A DNA stretch of 64,000 nt, from assembly GCA_052279835.1 (NCBI GenBank), contig CP181291.1, forward strand, positions 2,080,001 to 2,144,000. The letters are read 5' to 3'. The notes below the pieces were generated by a model. It made no database searches. It saw only the letters and a program-made list of their open reading frames with translations, and was not told the origin of the DNA. Numbering within the stretch: position 1 is the stretch's first letter; every line of letters starts with the position of its first letter. Position numbers and translations under genes: made by a program. This document shows positions 40,656 through 52,144 of the stretch, in pieces. This DNA comes from Microcoleus sp. Its GTDB lineage: Bacteria; Cyanobacteriota; Cyanobacteriia; Cyanobacteriales; Microcoleaceae.

Positions 40656-41150
40656 GTGCATCTATACCTGATCCGTCACGGCATCGCAGCCGAACCCGAA
40701 GCCTACGCGACAGACGAAGAACGCCCACTGACTAAAGAGGGCGCGAGCAAAACCCGAAAAGTCGCCCAGCGTCTGTATGAAATCGAAATTCAGTTTGACC
40801 TAATTCTCACCAGTCCCCTCTTACGTGCCACCCAAACCGCCCAAATCCTGCAAACAGCAGGTTTGAGTTCCCAAATCGCCGAATCAGCAGTCCTAGCCCC
40901 ATCAGGAGACATCCACAACTGGCTAGAATGGTACCAACAGTGGCAGGAAACAGGAAGCCGTAGCTTGGCTCTAGTGGGGCACCAACCAGATTTAGGCAAC
41001 TGGGCAGAAACTTTGCTCTGGGGCAGAACCCAAGATGCCATCATCCTCAAAAAAGCAGGTACGATCGGCTTAATCCTCCCCGAAACAGGCTCCCCAGTCG
41101 GCCGCAGCCAAATGTTCTGTTTACTGTCGCCCAAGTTTTTGCTGGGGTAG
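40656..41150 (+). CDS. sixA: phosphohistidine phosphatase SixA
   Basis: LYLIRHGIA, DEERPLT, TSPLLRATQTA, LVGHQP. Confidence 0.92.
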   Translation: MHLYLIRHGIAAEPEAYATDEERPLTKEGASKTRKVAQRLYEIEIQFDLILTSPLLRATQTAQILQTAGLSSQIAESAVLAPSGDIHNWLEWYQQWQETGSRSLALVGHQPDLGNWAETLLWGRTQDAIILKKAGTIGLILPETGSPVGRSQMFCLLSPKFLLG

Positions 41151-41263
41151 AAAGCAAATAGTCACATTAATTGATTATTGTTTGTTAACGCGGCGACACT
41201 ATCTTGCTTTCTGCTAATGTACTTTGAATAGATTAGATTCCACTCACACAACACGGTATCGCA

Positions 41264-42404
41264 ATGGTCGTCGGCGAATTCAAGCCAGGTTTAGAAGGTG
41301 TTCCTGCTACCTTATCCAGCATTAGCTTTGTAGATGGACAAAAAGGGGTACTAGAATATCGTGGTATTAGCATCGAGGAACTAGCACTCAAAAGTTCCTT
41401 TGTGGAAACTGCATATTTATTAATCTGGGGCGTACTTCCGACAAAGGAAGAACTAGAAGCCTTCGAGCATGAAATTCGGTATCATCGCCGGATCAAATAT
41501 CGCATCCGGGACATGATGAAATGCTTCCCCGAAAGAGGACATCCCATGGACGCTCTGCAAGCTTCAGCAGCGGCCTTGGGTTTGTTTTACTCGCGCCGAG
41601 CTCTAGCCAACCCAGCATACATTCGAGAAGCAGTAGTGCGACTGCTAGCCAAAATTCCGACAATGGTAGCAGCATTCCAACAAATGCGACGGGGTAATGA
41701 CCCTCTGCTACCGAGGGATGACTTGAACTACTCGGCTAACTTTCTTTATATGCTCAACGAGCGAGAACCCGATCCGCTGTTGGCTAATATTTTTGATGCT
41801 TGTCTGACTCTCCACGCGGAACATACCATCAATGCTTCTACATTTTCGGCAATGGTAACAGCTTCGACGCTGACAGACCCCTTATGGGGTAATTGCTTCA
41901 GCAGTTGGCACTTTAGCCGGGCCTTTGCATGGGGGGGCGAATGAAGAAGTGATTGAGATGTTGGAGAAAATTGGTTCCGTAGAAAACGTGCGACCTTTTG
42001 TCGAAAACTGCGTTGAAAACAAGGAGAAAATCATGGGCTTCGGCCACCGGGTTTACAAGGTGAAAGATCCCAGAGCAACTATTCTCCAAGGGTTAGCAGA
42101 ACAGTTATTTGAGAACTTCGGTAGCGATGATTATTACGACATTGCTGTCAAGTTGGAAGAAGTGGTGGAAGAAAAACTGGGTCAGAAAGGAATTTATGCC
42201 AATGTAGATTTCTATTCTGGTTTGGTTTATCGGAAAATGGGAATTCCTACAGACTTATTTACTCCTGTTTTTGCGATCGCCCGCGTTGCTGGCTGGCTAG
42301 CTCACTGGAAGGAACAGCTAGAAGCAAACCGCATCTACCGCCCTACTCAAATATATACAGGTACTCACGGTGAGTCCTATATTCCGATCGGGGAAAGATC
42401 CTAA
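41264..42404 (+). CDS. gltA: citrate synthase, split by a +1 frameshift at 41878-41881 (sequencing error or pseudogene)
   Basis: GLEGV, HAEHTINAST in one frame; GPLHGGAN, MGFGHRVYK, ANVDFYSG in the next; removing one C from GACCCCTTAT restores DPYGVIASAVGTLAGPLHGG. Confidence 0.92.
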
Positions 42405-42539
42405 AGTTGGGAATTAAAAACCCACAACTCGAAACAGCCTTCTGCCTTATCCAAAAAATGCAGTGATGGGTTGCACCCCCTTGTATTCTCTCCTGTTCGT
42501 TAGCCACAATGTTATTAAGTGACGATTTTCAGGAAATCC

Positions 42540-42570
42540 AGTCCTCAGACTTATGGGTCTGAGGCTTTTT
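42540..42570. terminator. hairpin terminator between convergent genes
   Basis: CCTCAGAC-TTATGG-GTCTGAGG followed by a T-run. Confidence 0.5.
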
Positions 42571-43093
42571 ATTGTAATTTAATCTCTAAATTCCCATCTT
42601 CAACCCCAGGCAACTGCGACAAATATTCATCGATCGCATCTTCTAATTCCTTCCTTGAATAATTGTAAGTCAACAATAGTAGCCCAGTGGCGATCGCCAT
42701 AATTTGCTCTCTGTCCACTCTTAAAGTCAGTTGAGCGCGGCTTAATTTACCTTCCAACACTTCCCTACTAGCCTCACGAATTGCCGCTTCTAGTTCATCT
42801 TCTAGAAAAGGCTCCCACTCCGAATCATTGATGTAGTAGGATGTTTTATTATCCTTGAGATTGAGCTTTTTAATACCTCGGATTGAATTAGCAATAGAAG
42901 CAGCCCAAGAATTTGTTAAACGCTGCTCAACTTGGTTTTTAATTAGGTGGATGAGTATAATCAGTAAAAAAGACCCAATATTCCGCAGAGTTGCTTGTTT
43001 GCTCATGCCCTCTAATTCATCGACAATTGCTAGAGCATCTTCATTCCTGCCTTCCAAAATGCAATTTTTCAGGTCAATTAATTCCTGTACCAT
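42569..43093 (-). CDS. DUF29 family protein
   Basis: DELEGMSKQATLRNIGSFLLIILIHLIK...SWAASI. Confidence 0.7.
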   Translation of the reverse strand: MVQELIDLKNCILEGRNEDALAIVDELEGMSKQATLRNIGSFLLIILIHLIKNQVEQRLTNSWAASIANSIRGIKKLNLKDNKTSYYINDSEWEPFLEDELEAAIREASREVLEGKLSRAQLTLRVDREQIMAIATGLLLLTYNYSRKELEDAIDEYLSQLPGVEDGNLEIKLQ

Positions 43094-43154
43094 GGATTTT
43101 GCCTTCAAGCTTTATCTGGATTTCGCACTCTAAATTAGGGTTATAGCCTAGTCT

Positions 43155-43310
43155 AGATCCCCCTCGCATCCCCACCCCACCCTGCCCCCCTTGGGGGGAA
43201 GGGGGAAGGGGGACTTTGAATATTCTTGTCCCCCCTTTATTAAGCGGGCTAGTGGGAGACTTTAAGTGCTTCCAGTCCCCCCCTTAATAAGGGGGGTTAG
43301 GGGGGATCTC
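43155..43310. repeat. Cluster of C/G-run REP-like repeats
   Basis: CCCCCCTTGGGGGG; CCCCCCTTAATAAGGGGGGTTAGGGGGGATCT. Confidence 0.75.
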
Positions 43311-43341
43311 CGGGTTTCAAAACAGACCCTACTAGCTAAAT

Positions 43342-45456
43342 CTAAACAGATTGAGTTAAATGATGACGGCTAGTCAATTTATCCAATTGATTCACCAACA
43401 AACTCAGGAACAATCCCACATCAGTAACCACACCAGTAGATTCGATCGAACCCCGATCGCTCAATTTAGTCACCACCGCCGGATTAATGTCCACACAGAC
43501 CATCTTCACACCAGCCGGAGTCATATTTCCCACACCAATCGAGTGCAACATAGAGGACAACATTAACACCATATCTGCACCGCGTAACAGCTCAGTATAA
43601 TGTTCTTGAGCCTTAATTAAATCCATTTGCGTGTCAGGAAGTGGGCCATCATCGCGAATCGAACCAGCTAAGGAAAACGGTATATTGTTCTTGACGCACT
43701 CGTACATTACACCATTAGTAATCAGCCCTGCTTCCACAGCTTTAGCAATACTGCCATAACGCCGCACAGTGTTAATTATTTTCAAGTGGTGTCTGTGTCC
43801 ACCGCGCACAGCAATACCCCGTTTCATGTCAACCCCCAAAGAGGTTCCCATGTTCGATTGTTCCATGTCATGCACCGCGATCGCATTGCCACCCAACAAC
43901 GCTTGCACGTAACCTTCCCGAATCAAATGCGCTAAATGTTCGCCACCACCAGTATGAATCACCACAGGCCCTGCGGTAACAACAACTTTACCGCCGCGAT
44001 CGCGAATTTGGCGCAATTCCCACGCTACTTGTTCCACCACCAATTCGACGCGGCGTTCGCTAGAAACACTCCCGGACATAAAACTAAATTCCTGAGAATT
44101 CCGTTGTTCCCGCGATTCTGTTTTGCGAATAGTGCGAATGCCAACCACATCCACAACCACCTTTTCTCCTACTTTTAAATCCCGCAATAATTTGCAGGTG
44201 GCGACTGGGCCATCAGCAGTTTCAGTAATTGCGACTGCCCCATCCATCCGTTGATTTTTCGCTTTCACCCACTGGTTATTTACCCGCACTTCCGTCGGAT
44301 AAATCGTACTCACATAAAAGTCGTCCGGTCCAACGCCATCTTGCACTACAGGTTCTAAAATAGCATCGCAAATCTCTTGTGGTGGAGGCACTGCACCCAA
44401 GTCGATCAGCATTCCCATCATTTCTTCCATCACATCATGGGAAGGAGCCGAAACTTTAACGTCGGCACTGGATGTGCTTTGACGCTGCTCTCCCAGATTA
44501 AAATTCAGCACTTGGAAACTGCCACCAAGATCGACAATTAAGTCCAAAGCACGACTAATTAAACCAGCATCCAGCAAGTGACCTTCCATGCGAATTGTGC
44601 GGCTTTCTACCATCACATTTGCCGATCGATCTTCTTGAATCGGTTCCGTTACCCGCAATGTCAAACACTTACAAGCACCGCCAGCTTTCAGAAATTCACT
44701 CATCGGGGTTTCAATTACTTTAAACCCAGCTTTAGTGATGCGTGTTTTCAAGCCTTCGCTGACCTTATTCATTACCACAACTTTGTCAATATTGACAGCA
44801 TTACACGCAAAATTTGCGGCATCCGCTTCTTCAATGGCAATCCGTTTTTCCGGCGCTACCCGCATTTCAATTAAGCGGTTTGAGTAGGAATCAAAGGCTG
44901 CTGGGTAGTAGAGTAAATAGCCACCTGTGAGGGGACAAAAACAGGTATCTAAGTGATAAAAACGTTCGTCTACTAAACGCAGAGAAAGCACTTCGATATT
45001 CAGCCATTTGGCGAGCAATGGGTGAGAATCGAGTTCGGAACGGAAGCCGTATCCTGCCCACAACCAGCGGCCTTCGCGATCGAGCAAAGCATCGCCAGCA
45101 CCCTCAAAGGGCAAGTCTTTCGGTAGTTCGTGAACCGTGAAACCTTTCTCCTCAAACCATGCTTTGAAATACGGTTCTTCGCCTTGACGTTCTTTGTGAT
45201 AGAAACGACTCAGCACAAAGGTATTACCTAAAAGTAAACCCGCGTTGGCGGTGAAAACCATATCAGGCCAGCCTTTTTGGGGAGGTACTAGGTCTACAAT
45301 GGCATTTTCTTTGAGGACGTGGTACAGTTTTTCCCACTGTTCGACGGCGCGATCGCGCGATGATTTGTGGACATTGCCCTCCATCCACGGATTAATCACG
45401 TAGTCCACATCGTAGTGGTCGGGAGCACACATCAGAAAGCGAATTGAGTCAGTCAT
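43342..45456 (-). CDS. argZ: bifunctional arginine dihydrolase/ornithine cyclodeaminase (ArgZ/AgrE)
   Basis: Amidinotransferase-fold N-terminus (YVINPWM, PDMVFTANAG, FYHLDTCF, KAGGACKCL); LOR/SDH-like C-terminus (GSIRDDGPLPD). Confidence 0.9.
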   Translation of the reverse strand: MTDSIRFLMCAPDHYDVDYVINPWMEGNVHKSSRDRAVEQWEKLYHVLKENAIVDLVPPQKGWPDMVFTANAGLLLGNTFVLSRFYHKERQGEEPYFKAWFEEKGFTVHELPKDLPFEGAGDALLDREGRWLWAGYGFRSELDSHPLLAKWLNIEVLSLRLVDERFYHLDTCFCPLTGGYLLYYPAAFDSYSNRLIEMRVAPEKRIAIEEADAANFACNAVNIDKVVVMNKVSEGLKTRITKAGFKVIETPMSEFLKAGGACKCLTLRVTEPIQEDRSANVMVESRTIRMEGHLLDAGLISRALDLIVDLGGSFQVLNFNLGEQRQSTSSADVKVSAPSHDVMEEMMGMLIDLGAVPPPQEICDAILEPVVQDGVGPDDFYVSTIYPTEVRVNNQWVKAKNQRMDGAVAITETADGPVATCKLLRDLKVGEKVVVDVVGIRTIRKTESREQRNSQEFSFMSGSVSSERRVELVVEQVAWELRQIRDRGGKVVVTAGPVVIHTGGGEHLAHLIREGYVQALLGGNAIAVHDMEQSNMGTSLGVDMKRGIAVRGGHRHHLKIINTVRRYGSIAKAVEAGLITNGVMYECVKNNIPFSLAGSIRDDGPLPDTQMDLIKAQEHYTELLRGADMVLMLSSMLHSIGVGNMTPAGVKMVCVDINPAVVTKLSDRGSIESTGVVTDVGLFLSLLVNQLDKLTSRHHLTQSV

Positions 45457-45692
45457 AATTCAGTTAAAATGTTGTAGATGCTACAGACTTAAGTTGACAG
45501 AGTTTCCTAGAGAAAAACTACTATGTTGGATCGTCGCAGAAAGAGTGCAACATCTCACTGCGAAAAAAGTAACTTTTAATTATATCACATAAAAACCTAT
45601 TTCGATTAAAATTTTCAAGGCAGACAAGTAATGAAACCTTGACAAAGCATCCAGGTACTCACCAAATTCTTCCCTCTGCTTTCTTCCTTGCT

Positions 45693-48600
45693 TCAAACAA
45701 TTGGGACTGCGATCGCAAATTCCGTACCCTTACCAAGTTCAGAATAACATCTCAATTCACCGCAGTGTCTGTCTTTGACAATTTGGTAACTAATCGACAA
45801 TCCCAAACCAGTACCACTACCCACTGGTTTAGTAGTAAAAAATGGGTCAAATATTCTGGACTGAATTTCCTCACTAATTCCGAGTCCATTGTCAGCAATA
45901 CGCACGCATACTTGATTTTCGCCACTGACTTCCGTAGTAATGCTAATCTCCATACATATTTCATCGTTGCTATTGGTTGCTAAATCTGTCAAAGCATCGA
46001 TCGCATTTGAAATTATATTCATAAAAACCTGATTGAGTTGAGCTGGATAGCACTGAATTTGGGGCAGTTTTCCGTACTTTTTAATAATTGCAATTTCCCC
46101 ACGTTTTGGCTGCTCCTTCAATCGGTGCTGCAAAATTACTAAAGTGCTCTCAATCCCTTCATGAAGATCTACTAATTTCCGGTCTCTTTCATCCAGTCTC
46201 GAAAAATTTCGCAAAGACAAGACAATCTCCTTAATTCTGTTAGCACCTTCCTGCATAGAACCCAAGATTTTGGGAAAGTCCTCCGCAATAAATTCCGCAT
46301 CTATTTCTTCTAATTTATCGGCAATTTCTAGAGCGGGTTCAGGATAATATTTATCATATAATTTTATTAAGCTTAGCAAATCTCCAGCATATCTTGAAGC
46401 GGGATTAATATTACCATAAATAAAGCTAATTGGGTTATTAATTTCGTGGGCTACTCCCGCCACCATTTGCCCGATACCTGACATTTTTTCTGCTTGAATG
46501 AGCTGAGATTGAGTGCCTTTTAATTTTTCTAAAGTTTGTTCTAACTGTTGGGCTTTTTCCCGTTCTCGCTGTTCGCTGCTTCGCAAAGCCACTTCTCCTT
46601 GTTTGCGATCGCTAATATCGATATGAGTGCCAGTCATCCGCAGCGGATTCCCCGCATAATCGCGTTCCATTACCTTAGCTTGAGCCAAAATCCACTTCCA
46701 TTCACCAGATTTGGCCAGCATCCTAACTTCTACTTCGTAAAGTGGACTGTTCCCAGAAATGTGAGATGCCAATGCCTCTTGAGTCAACGGAAAATCCTCT
46801 GGATGTATCAGTTCCTCCCAGGATTTAAGAGTATTTTTAATATCGTCTACTTCATAGCCCAACATAGTCTTCCACTGCTGATTGAAATATACTTCTCCGG
46901 TTGCAATATTCCAATCAAACAATCCCATGGCACTAGCTTCAAAGGCTAAATAAAAACGTTCTTCACTAATTTTGAGAGCTAATTCGGCTTGTTTACGTTC
47001 AGTAATATCCATTACCGTGCCTAAGAGTTCAATCGATTCCCCCGTTTCATTAAAAACACCTTCTCCTCTCACTTCTATATATCGGACTTGACCATCATCA
47101 TGCAAAATTCGCAACTCGTGTTTGTAGGGTTTTCTGTCTGAAATAGCCCGGTTTACAGTTTGGAGAAAACACTCTTTGTCATCGGGATGATACATCTGGC
47201 AGATTTGGTCATAGGGGGGTTCAGGTTGAGCGGGATCGAAACCAAAAATACGGAATACTTCTTCGGACCAACTACATTTCTGGGCTAAGGGATCAAATTT
47301 CCAACTACCTAGCCTCGCCAGTTTTTGGGCTGCTGCTAGACTAGCTTCACTTTTTTGAAGCTGAATTCGTTGCTGTTTATCTTGTTGCAAAAGATTGGAT
47401 TGAGCGATGGCAATTCCCATTTGTGCCGCCACTGACTCAAATAATCTGACTTCATCTTGCGTCCAACTTCGAGGACCATCGTACTGATGCAATGCCATGA
47501 TTCCGTTCGCTTTTCCTTGATAGGAGGTGCGAATTGCAATCATAGATTTTAAATTTATTTGCTCGACTAAATCGATGGTAGATTCTAGCAGCGGTTCGGT
47601 AAAAACATCCTCAGACACTACAGCTTTATCTTGAGATAATACAAATTCAGCATGAGGATTGTCATAAATCGGAATTTCTACATCTATCAGGGCTACGGAT
47701 TCTACTCCTAATTTTTGATACTGAGCAACACAAGGAATACGAGGAGGGTCTACTATATAAGTGTGAATTAAGCAGCAATCAGCATTAAAAACTCTACCAA
47801 TTTGGGCGGCGGCTGTCTGAAAGACTTGATCCGGGTTTAAGTTATAGCGAATTTCTAGAGTAATGGTTTCTAGCAAAAATCTTTGCTTAATCAGCCTTTC
47901 TAAAGCAGTCAATGCTGTTTTACGTTCCAGTTCTGCTTGTTTGCGACTGCTAATTTCAGTTGCAGTTCCCAAAATTTTACAAGGTTTGCCATCTTCAGTT
48001 CTAGCAAATACGGTATCTCGACTGAAAAACCACCAATATTCACCGTTTTTGTGCTGGAGTCGATACTCAAATTCAAAGCTTTCCCCGTCTTTTGCTTGCT
48101 CAAGTTGGTCTATGTGTGCTAACCATGCAGGAGTATCATCAGGGTGGATTAGTTGAGAAATTAAGGCTCCTGGCATCTGCTGTATTTCTTCCAAGGTATA
48201 ACCTAGCTCGGTAGAAACTTCGCGGTTGAGATAAAGATTTCGGTCTTCTATTAAATCGTAAACGTACAACAAATTAGGATTAGTTTGAATTATTGCAGAC
48301 AACCACCGCTGGCTTTCTCGCAGTTCGGATTCGGTGCGTTTGTGTTCTTCAATTTCTGCTTGGAGTCGTGCATTTTGGACTAATACTTGTTGAGAAAGAC
48401 GACGGATATTCAGTTGATTTTCGATGCGAGCTACCACTTCTTCTAGCTGAAACGGTTTGGTAATATAGTCTACAGCCCCCAGGGAAAAAGCTTTGACTTT
48501 ATCAAATACTTCATTTAAAGCGCTGATAAAAATCACAGGTATATCTTTTGTTTGCTCGCAAGCTTTGAGTTTTTCGCAGACTTCATAGCCATCCATTTCC

Positions 48601-48830
48601 GGCATCATAATGTCCAGCAATATCAAGTCTGGCGGATTTCTGAGCGCAAATTTTAGAGCCAAATTAGCATCTCGTGTTGGTCGGACTTTGTACCCAAGCT
48701 TAGACAATAGTGTGGAAAAAAGATGCAATATTTCTGGGCTATCATCTACCAGTAAAATGTTTGGTCTCAAGGAATTGTTTACTGTTGTAATTTTTTTTAT
48801 AGCAATTCTTTTTTGATCGATTCTATTCAT
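45693..48830 (-). CDS. hybrid histidine kinase REC-PAS-GAF-PAS-PAS-HisKA-HATPase
   Basis: ILLVDD, LLDIMMPEMDG; PAS motifs IHPDD/IHPED; AHEINNP; DPFFTTKPVGSGTGLGL. Confidence 0.93.
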   Translation of the reverse strand: MNRIDQKRIAIKKITTVNNSLRPNILLVDDSPEILHLFSTLLSKLGYKVRPTRDANLALKFALRNPPDLILLDIMMPEMDGYEVCEKLKACEQTKDIPVIFISALNEVFDKVKAFSLGAVDYITKPFQLEEVVARIENQLNIRRLSQQVLVQNARLQAEIEEHKRTESELRESQRWLSAIIQTNPNLLYVYDLIEDRNLYLNREVSTELGYTLEEIQQMPGALISQLIHPDDTPAWLAHIDQLEQAKDGESFEFEYRLQHKNGEYWWFFSRDTVFARTEDGKPCKILGTATEISSRKQAELERKTALTALERLIKQRFLLETITLEIRYNLNPDQVFQTAAAQIGRVFNADCCLIHTYIVDPPRIPCVAQYQKLGVESVALIDVEIPIYDNPHAEFVLSQDKAVVSEDVFTEPLLESTIDLVEQINLKSMIAIRTSYQGKANGIMALHQYDGPRSWTQDEVRLFESVAAQMGIAIAQSNLLQQDKQQRIQLQKSEASLAAAQKLARLGSWKFDPLAQKCSWSEEVFRIFGFDPAQPEPPYDQICQMYHPDDKECFLQTVNRAISDRKPYKHELRILHDDGQVRYIEVRGEGVFNETGESIELLGTVMDITERKQAELALKISEERFYLAFEASAMGLFDWNIATGEVYFNQQWKTMLGYEVDDIKNTLKSWEELIHPEDFPLTQEALASHISGNSPLYEVEVRMLAKSGEWKWILAQAKVMERDYAGNPLRMTGTHIDISDRKQGEVALRSSEQREREKAQQLEQTLEKLKGTQSQLIQAEKMSGIGQMVAGVAHEINNPISFIYGNINPASRYAGDLLSLIKLYDKYYPEPALEIADKLEEIDAEFIAEDFPKILGSMQEGANRIKEIVLSLRNFSRLDERDRKLVDLHEGIESTLVILQHRLKEQPKRGEIAIIKKYGKLPQIQCYPAQLNQVFMNIISNAIDALTDLATNSNDEICMEISITTEVSGENQVCVRIADNGLGISEEIQSRIFDPFFTTKPVGSGTGLGLSISYQIVKDRHCGELRCYSELGKGTEFAIAVPIV

Positions 48831-49449
48831 TAAATAACCCCTTTTAATTAGGATTTTTTAGGTAGGTAAATTGTTTAATATTTCCCAATTTTTTGGGTAG
48901 TAATTATTTTTGATTTAAGGTCAAATATTTGTAGGATTTGATTGAGGTAGGGCAAGTTAAATGTCCAGATTTCCATCAACTTGGTATCCAGTTTTGTTTG
49001 CATAAAAGGAGGTAAATTTAAAACTCTTAAACCCCATAGTGCACCAGCGATAACTGCTTTTATGGCAAGCGAGCGTGTCTTTAGACTTGAGTTACTGACA
49101 ACTTCGACTTACCTGTGGTTGGAGTCTCTGGGACTATGGGGCAGATGGCAAATAGAGGACACCCATATACACTGATTAATTGTATCAAAAATATTTGCAT
49201 TTTTCAGTAAGTCATCACAGTCGATCGAGCTTTCTCAAAATTACTTTCCACTAGAATTCTTACTGTTGCTTGTCCCATTCTGATGGTTTGAGGATTTTGA
49301 AATACTTTATATCAGTATATTTACTGGTATAAAGCATTTCTTCAGCGAGGAACGGCTAAAATGCACCCTAGGCAGATACCCGTAGCAGATTAAGTGCTGT
49401 GGGCATCTAATAGAAGATAATCTGACATTGAATTAGAGCGATTACTTCA

Positions 49450-50388
49450 CTATTTTATACTGGTACTCGCCTCCAGTTCATCGTAAGCAGCATATACCGC
49501 TTTCACATTATACCAATTCAGAAAAATCCGAGCTATTTCCAAAGCCAACTGGGAATCACCTCGATCGATTAACCACTGTAACAAAGGCGACATCCTCCGC
49601 TCATTCAGCAGCCCACCCAGAGATAAAACTCCCCACAGTATTTTGTGCAACCAAGTCATTTGAATCATCAGCCGCACTTCCCAACTAGGGTGTTTTTGAT
49701 AAAACAAAACTCCCATTCTTCCCCGCTGAATTTCTCGATCGATCATACCGGGGATTTGGTCTAAACTAAAGGGCGGATGCCAATGATAACCGACGGCGGC
49801 GGGACATTTAATCAATTTTAAGCCTAATTTTTTTAACCTGACTCCCAACTCTAAATCTTCCCATCCATAAAGTTGAAAGCGAGTATCGAATAATCCAGCA
49901 TCCATCAACCAGTGACGGGCGATGGCCACATTTCCCGTCGCAAAATAAGCGGCGGAAAAATCTGTGATTTTGTAGGGTTCCGAGGTAGGATTGTCAAAAT
50001 TGCAGGTATTGATCACGCTGCCGTAAGTAAAAACCCGATCGCTCTCCTTGTATCCTTGTAACAAAGATGCTGCGTGAGCTTGCAAAAAATGCTCGGTCAC
50101 AACTAAATCGCTATCAATAAAAATAATCGTATCGCCCTTGGCATCTTCCACCCCCAGATTCCTCGCAGCGGCTGGGCCTTGGTGAGACTGTACGATCGAT
50201 CGCACATGAGACAACTCATCCCCATGAGCGGCTAACCACTCCAGCGTGCCATCTGTGGAGCCGTCGTCTACTACAATGACTTCATACTGTGCGATCGTGT
50301 TACCAAACTGCTGGTTTTCCAGAGCTCGTAGACATTTCGCCAAAATTGGTTTACGATTGTACGTCGGAATCACGACACTAAAAAACAC
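49450..50388 (-). CDS. glycosyltransferase family 2
   Basis: SVVIPTYNR, VVDDGSTDGT, FIDSD, YGWEDLELG. Confidence 0.93.
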   Translation of the reverse strand: MFFSVVIPTYNRKPILAKCLRALENQQFGNTIAQYEVIVVDDGSTDGTLEWLAAHGDELSHVRSIVQSHQGPAAARNLGVEDAKGDTIIFIDSDLVVTEHFLQAHAASLLQGYKESDRVFTYGSVINTCNFDNPTSEPYKITDFSAAYFATGNVAIARHWLMDAGLFDTRFQLYGWEDLELGVRLKKLGLKLIKCPAAVGYHWHPPFSLDQIPGMIDREIQRGRMGVLFYQKHPSWEVRLMIQMTWLHKILWGVLSLGGLLNERRMSPLLQWLIDRGDSQLALEIARIFLNWYNVKAVYAAYDELEASTSIK

Positions 50389-50555
50389 GGCTTTTCCCCA
50401 CTGCCACAGCTACCGTCTCCCACGGTAGCAGATTTTTCGCAGCAATTATACTGATAAACAGCCAACTAGCTCAAAAAAGAATATCTAAATCTGTACCATT
50501 CCTGACAAGAATCGATCTCAATTAAGTGCATAATACAAAGTTGGTTAAATCTGAT

Positions 50556-50667
50556 ATCTTGCACCATTTTCCAGAACAGGCAAGATGCTGTTCCACAAGA
50601 ATAGATTTTTTTTGGGGAAGTAGACCTCTGGCGAACCCCGGAAGGCTGATTCAAAATGGTGCAAGAT
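50556..50667. repeat. MITE-like element with 15-bp terminal inverted repeats
   Basis: ATCTTGCACCATTTT ... AAAATGGTGCAAGAT enclosing GAACAGGCAAGATGCTGTTC. Confidence 0.8.
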
Positions 50668-50695
50668 GTGAGTTAAATACAGGATCTACATACCG

Positions 50696-51898
50696 ATGAG
50701 TCGCGCTAAAAAAGTTGTGCTAGCATATTCCGGCGGAGTCGATACCTCCGTCTGCATTCCTTACCTCAAAAATGAGTGGGGTGTAGAAGAAGTAATTACT
50801 CTGGCCGCGGATTTGGGACAGGGAGATGAATTAGAACCGATCCGCAAAAAAGCGTTAGCATCCGGTGCTTCGGAATCCTTAGTGATTGATGCTACTGAGG
50901 AATTTGTCAAAGATTATGCGTTTCCAGCAATTCAAGCCAACGCACTTTACGAAAATCGCTATCCACTTTCGACTGCTCTGGCTCGCCCGTTGATTGCTAA
51001 ACTGTTAGTGGAAGCTGCTGAAAAATATGGTGCAGATGCGATCGCCCATGGTTGCACAGGTAAAGGAAACGATCAAGTAAGGTTCGATGTGTCGATCGGC
51101 GCACTAAATCCCAAGATTAAAATCTTAGCACCGGCGCGGGAATGGAAAATGAGCCGGGAAGAAACCATCGCCTACGGGGAGAGATGTGGAATTCCATCCC
51201 CCGTGAAAAAGTCTTCGCCTTACAGTATCGATCGCAACTTACTAGGAATGGCAATTGAAGCCGGCATTCTGGAAGATCCTTGGGCGGAACCCCCAGAGGA
51301 AGTTTATTTGATGACAAAAGCGATCGAGCAAACTCCCGACAAACCCGAATATATTGAAATCGGTTTTGACAAAGGTAATCCTGTCACTCTCAATGGCGAA
51401 ACTGTATCACCAGTTGCCTTAATTTCCCAACTCAACGAAATAGTTGGAAACCACGGAGTCGGCCGGATTGACATGATTGAAAACCGGGTAGTGGGGATTA
51501 AATCGCGGGAAATTTACGAAACTCCAGCGATTTTAGTATTGATGCACGCCCACCGAGACTTAGAAAGTTTGACGCTGACAGCAGATGTGACGCGATACAA
51601 GCGCGGCATCGAAGAAACCTACAGCCAAATGATTTATAACGGCCTTTGGTACAATCCTTTAAAAACAGCTTTAGACGCATTCATTCTGGACACGCAAAAG
51701 CGAGTAACTGGAACTGTGCGGATTAAAATGTTCAAAGGAAACGCCACAATTGTCGGCCGCAAATCCGAAAATTCCCTGTACAGTTTCGACTTAGCAACCT
51801 ACGGTGCTGAAGACGAATTTGACCACAAGGCCGCGGAAGGATTTGTCTATGTTTGGGGATTGCCAACTCGTATTTGGTCGGACAAAAATCGCGGTTAG
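50696..51898 (+). CDS. argG: argininosuccinate synthase
   Basis: [34 protein letters not shown]. Confidence 0.98.
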   Translation: MSRAKKVVLAYSGGVDTSVCIPYLKNEWGVEEVITLAADLGQGDELEPIRKKALASGASESLVIDATEEFVKDYAFPAIQANALYENRYPLSTALARPLIAKLLVEAAEKYGADAIAHGCTGKGNDQVRFDVSIGALNPKIKILAPAREWKMSREETIAYGERCGIPSPVKKSSPYSIDRNLLGMAIEAGILEDPWAEPPEEVYLMTKAIEQTPDKPEYIEIGFDKGNPVTLNGETVSPVALISQLNEIVGNHGVGRIDMIENRVVGIKSREIYETPAILVLMHAHRDLESLTLTADVTRYKRGIEETYSQMIYNGLWYNPLKTALDAFILDTQKRVTGTVRIKMFKGNATIVGRKSENSLYSFDLATYGAEDEFDHKAAEGFVYVWGLPTRIWSDKNRG

Positions 51899-51909
51899 AA
51901 AGTGTTAAT

Positions 51910-51937
51910 TATAGCAACCGCATTAGCGGTTGCTATA
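51910..51937. terminator. hairpin downstream of argG
   Basis: TATAGCAACCGC-ATTA-GCGGTTGCTATA perfect inverted repeat. Confidence 0.6.
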
Positions 51938-51988
51938 GGTCATTAATCTCACAATCCTGGATGCAACGAGCATCAGTAATATCGAATT

Positions 51989-52117
51989 ATATCAATTCCG
52001 GTTGGATCGGAATGATTTAACCGCGAAGGCGCGAAGTACGCGAAGGAAGAGAAGAGAGAGTTTAATACAGGACGATGAAGAGAGGATTTTATATTATATC
52101 AAGTCCTCTCTTCATCA
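51989..52117. repeat. Dispersed repeat (inverted copy of 17786-17895) plus hairpin
   Basis: ATATCAATTCCGGTTGGATCGGAATGATTTAACCGCGAAGGCGC...; GATGAAGAGAGGA/TCCTCTCTTCATC. Confidence 0.8.
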
Positions 52118-52144
52118 TGACTGTCTAATTAACTACTGGCCAAA

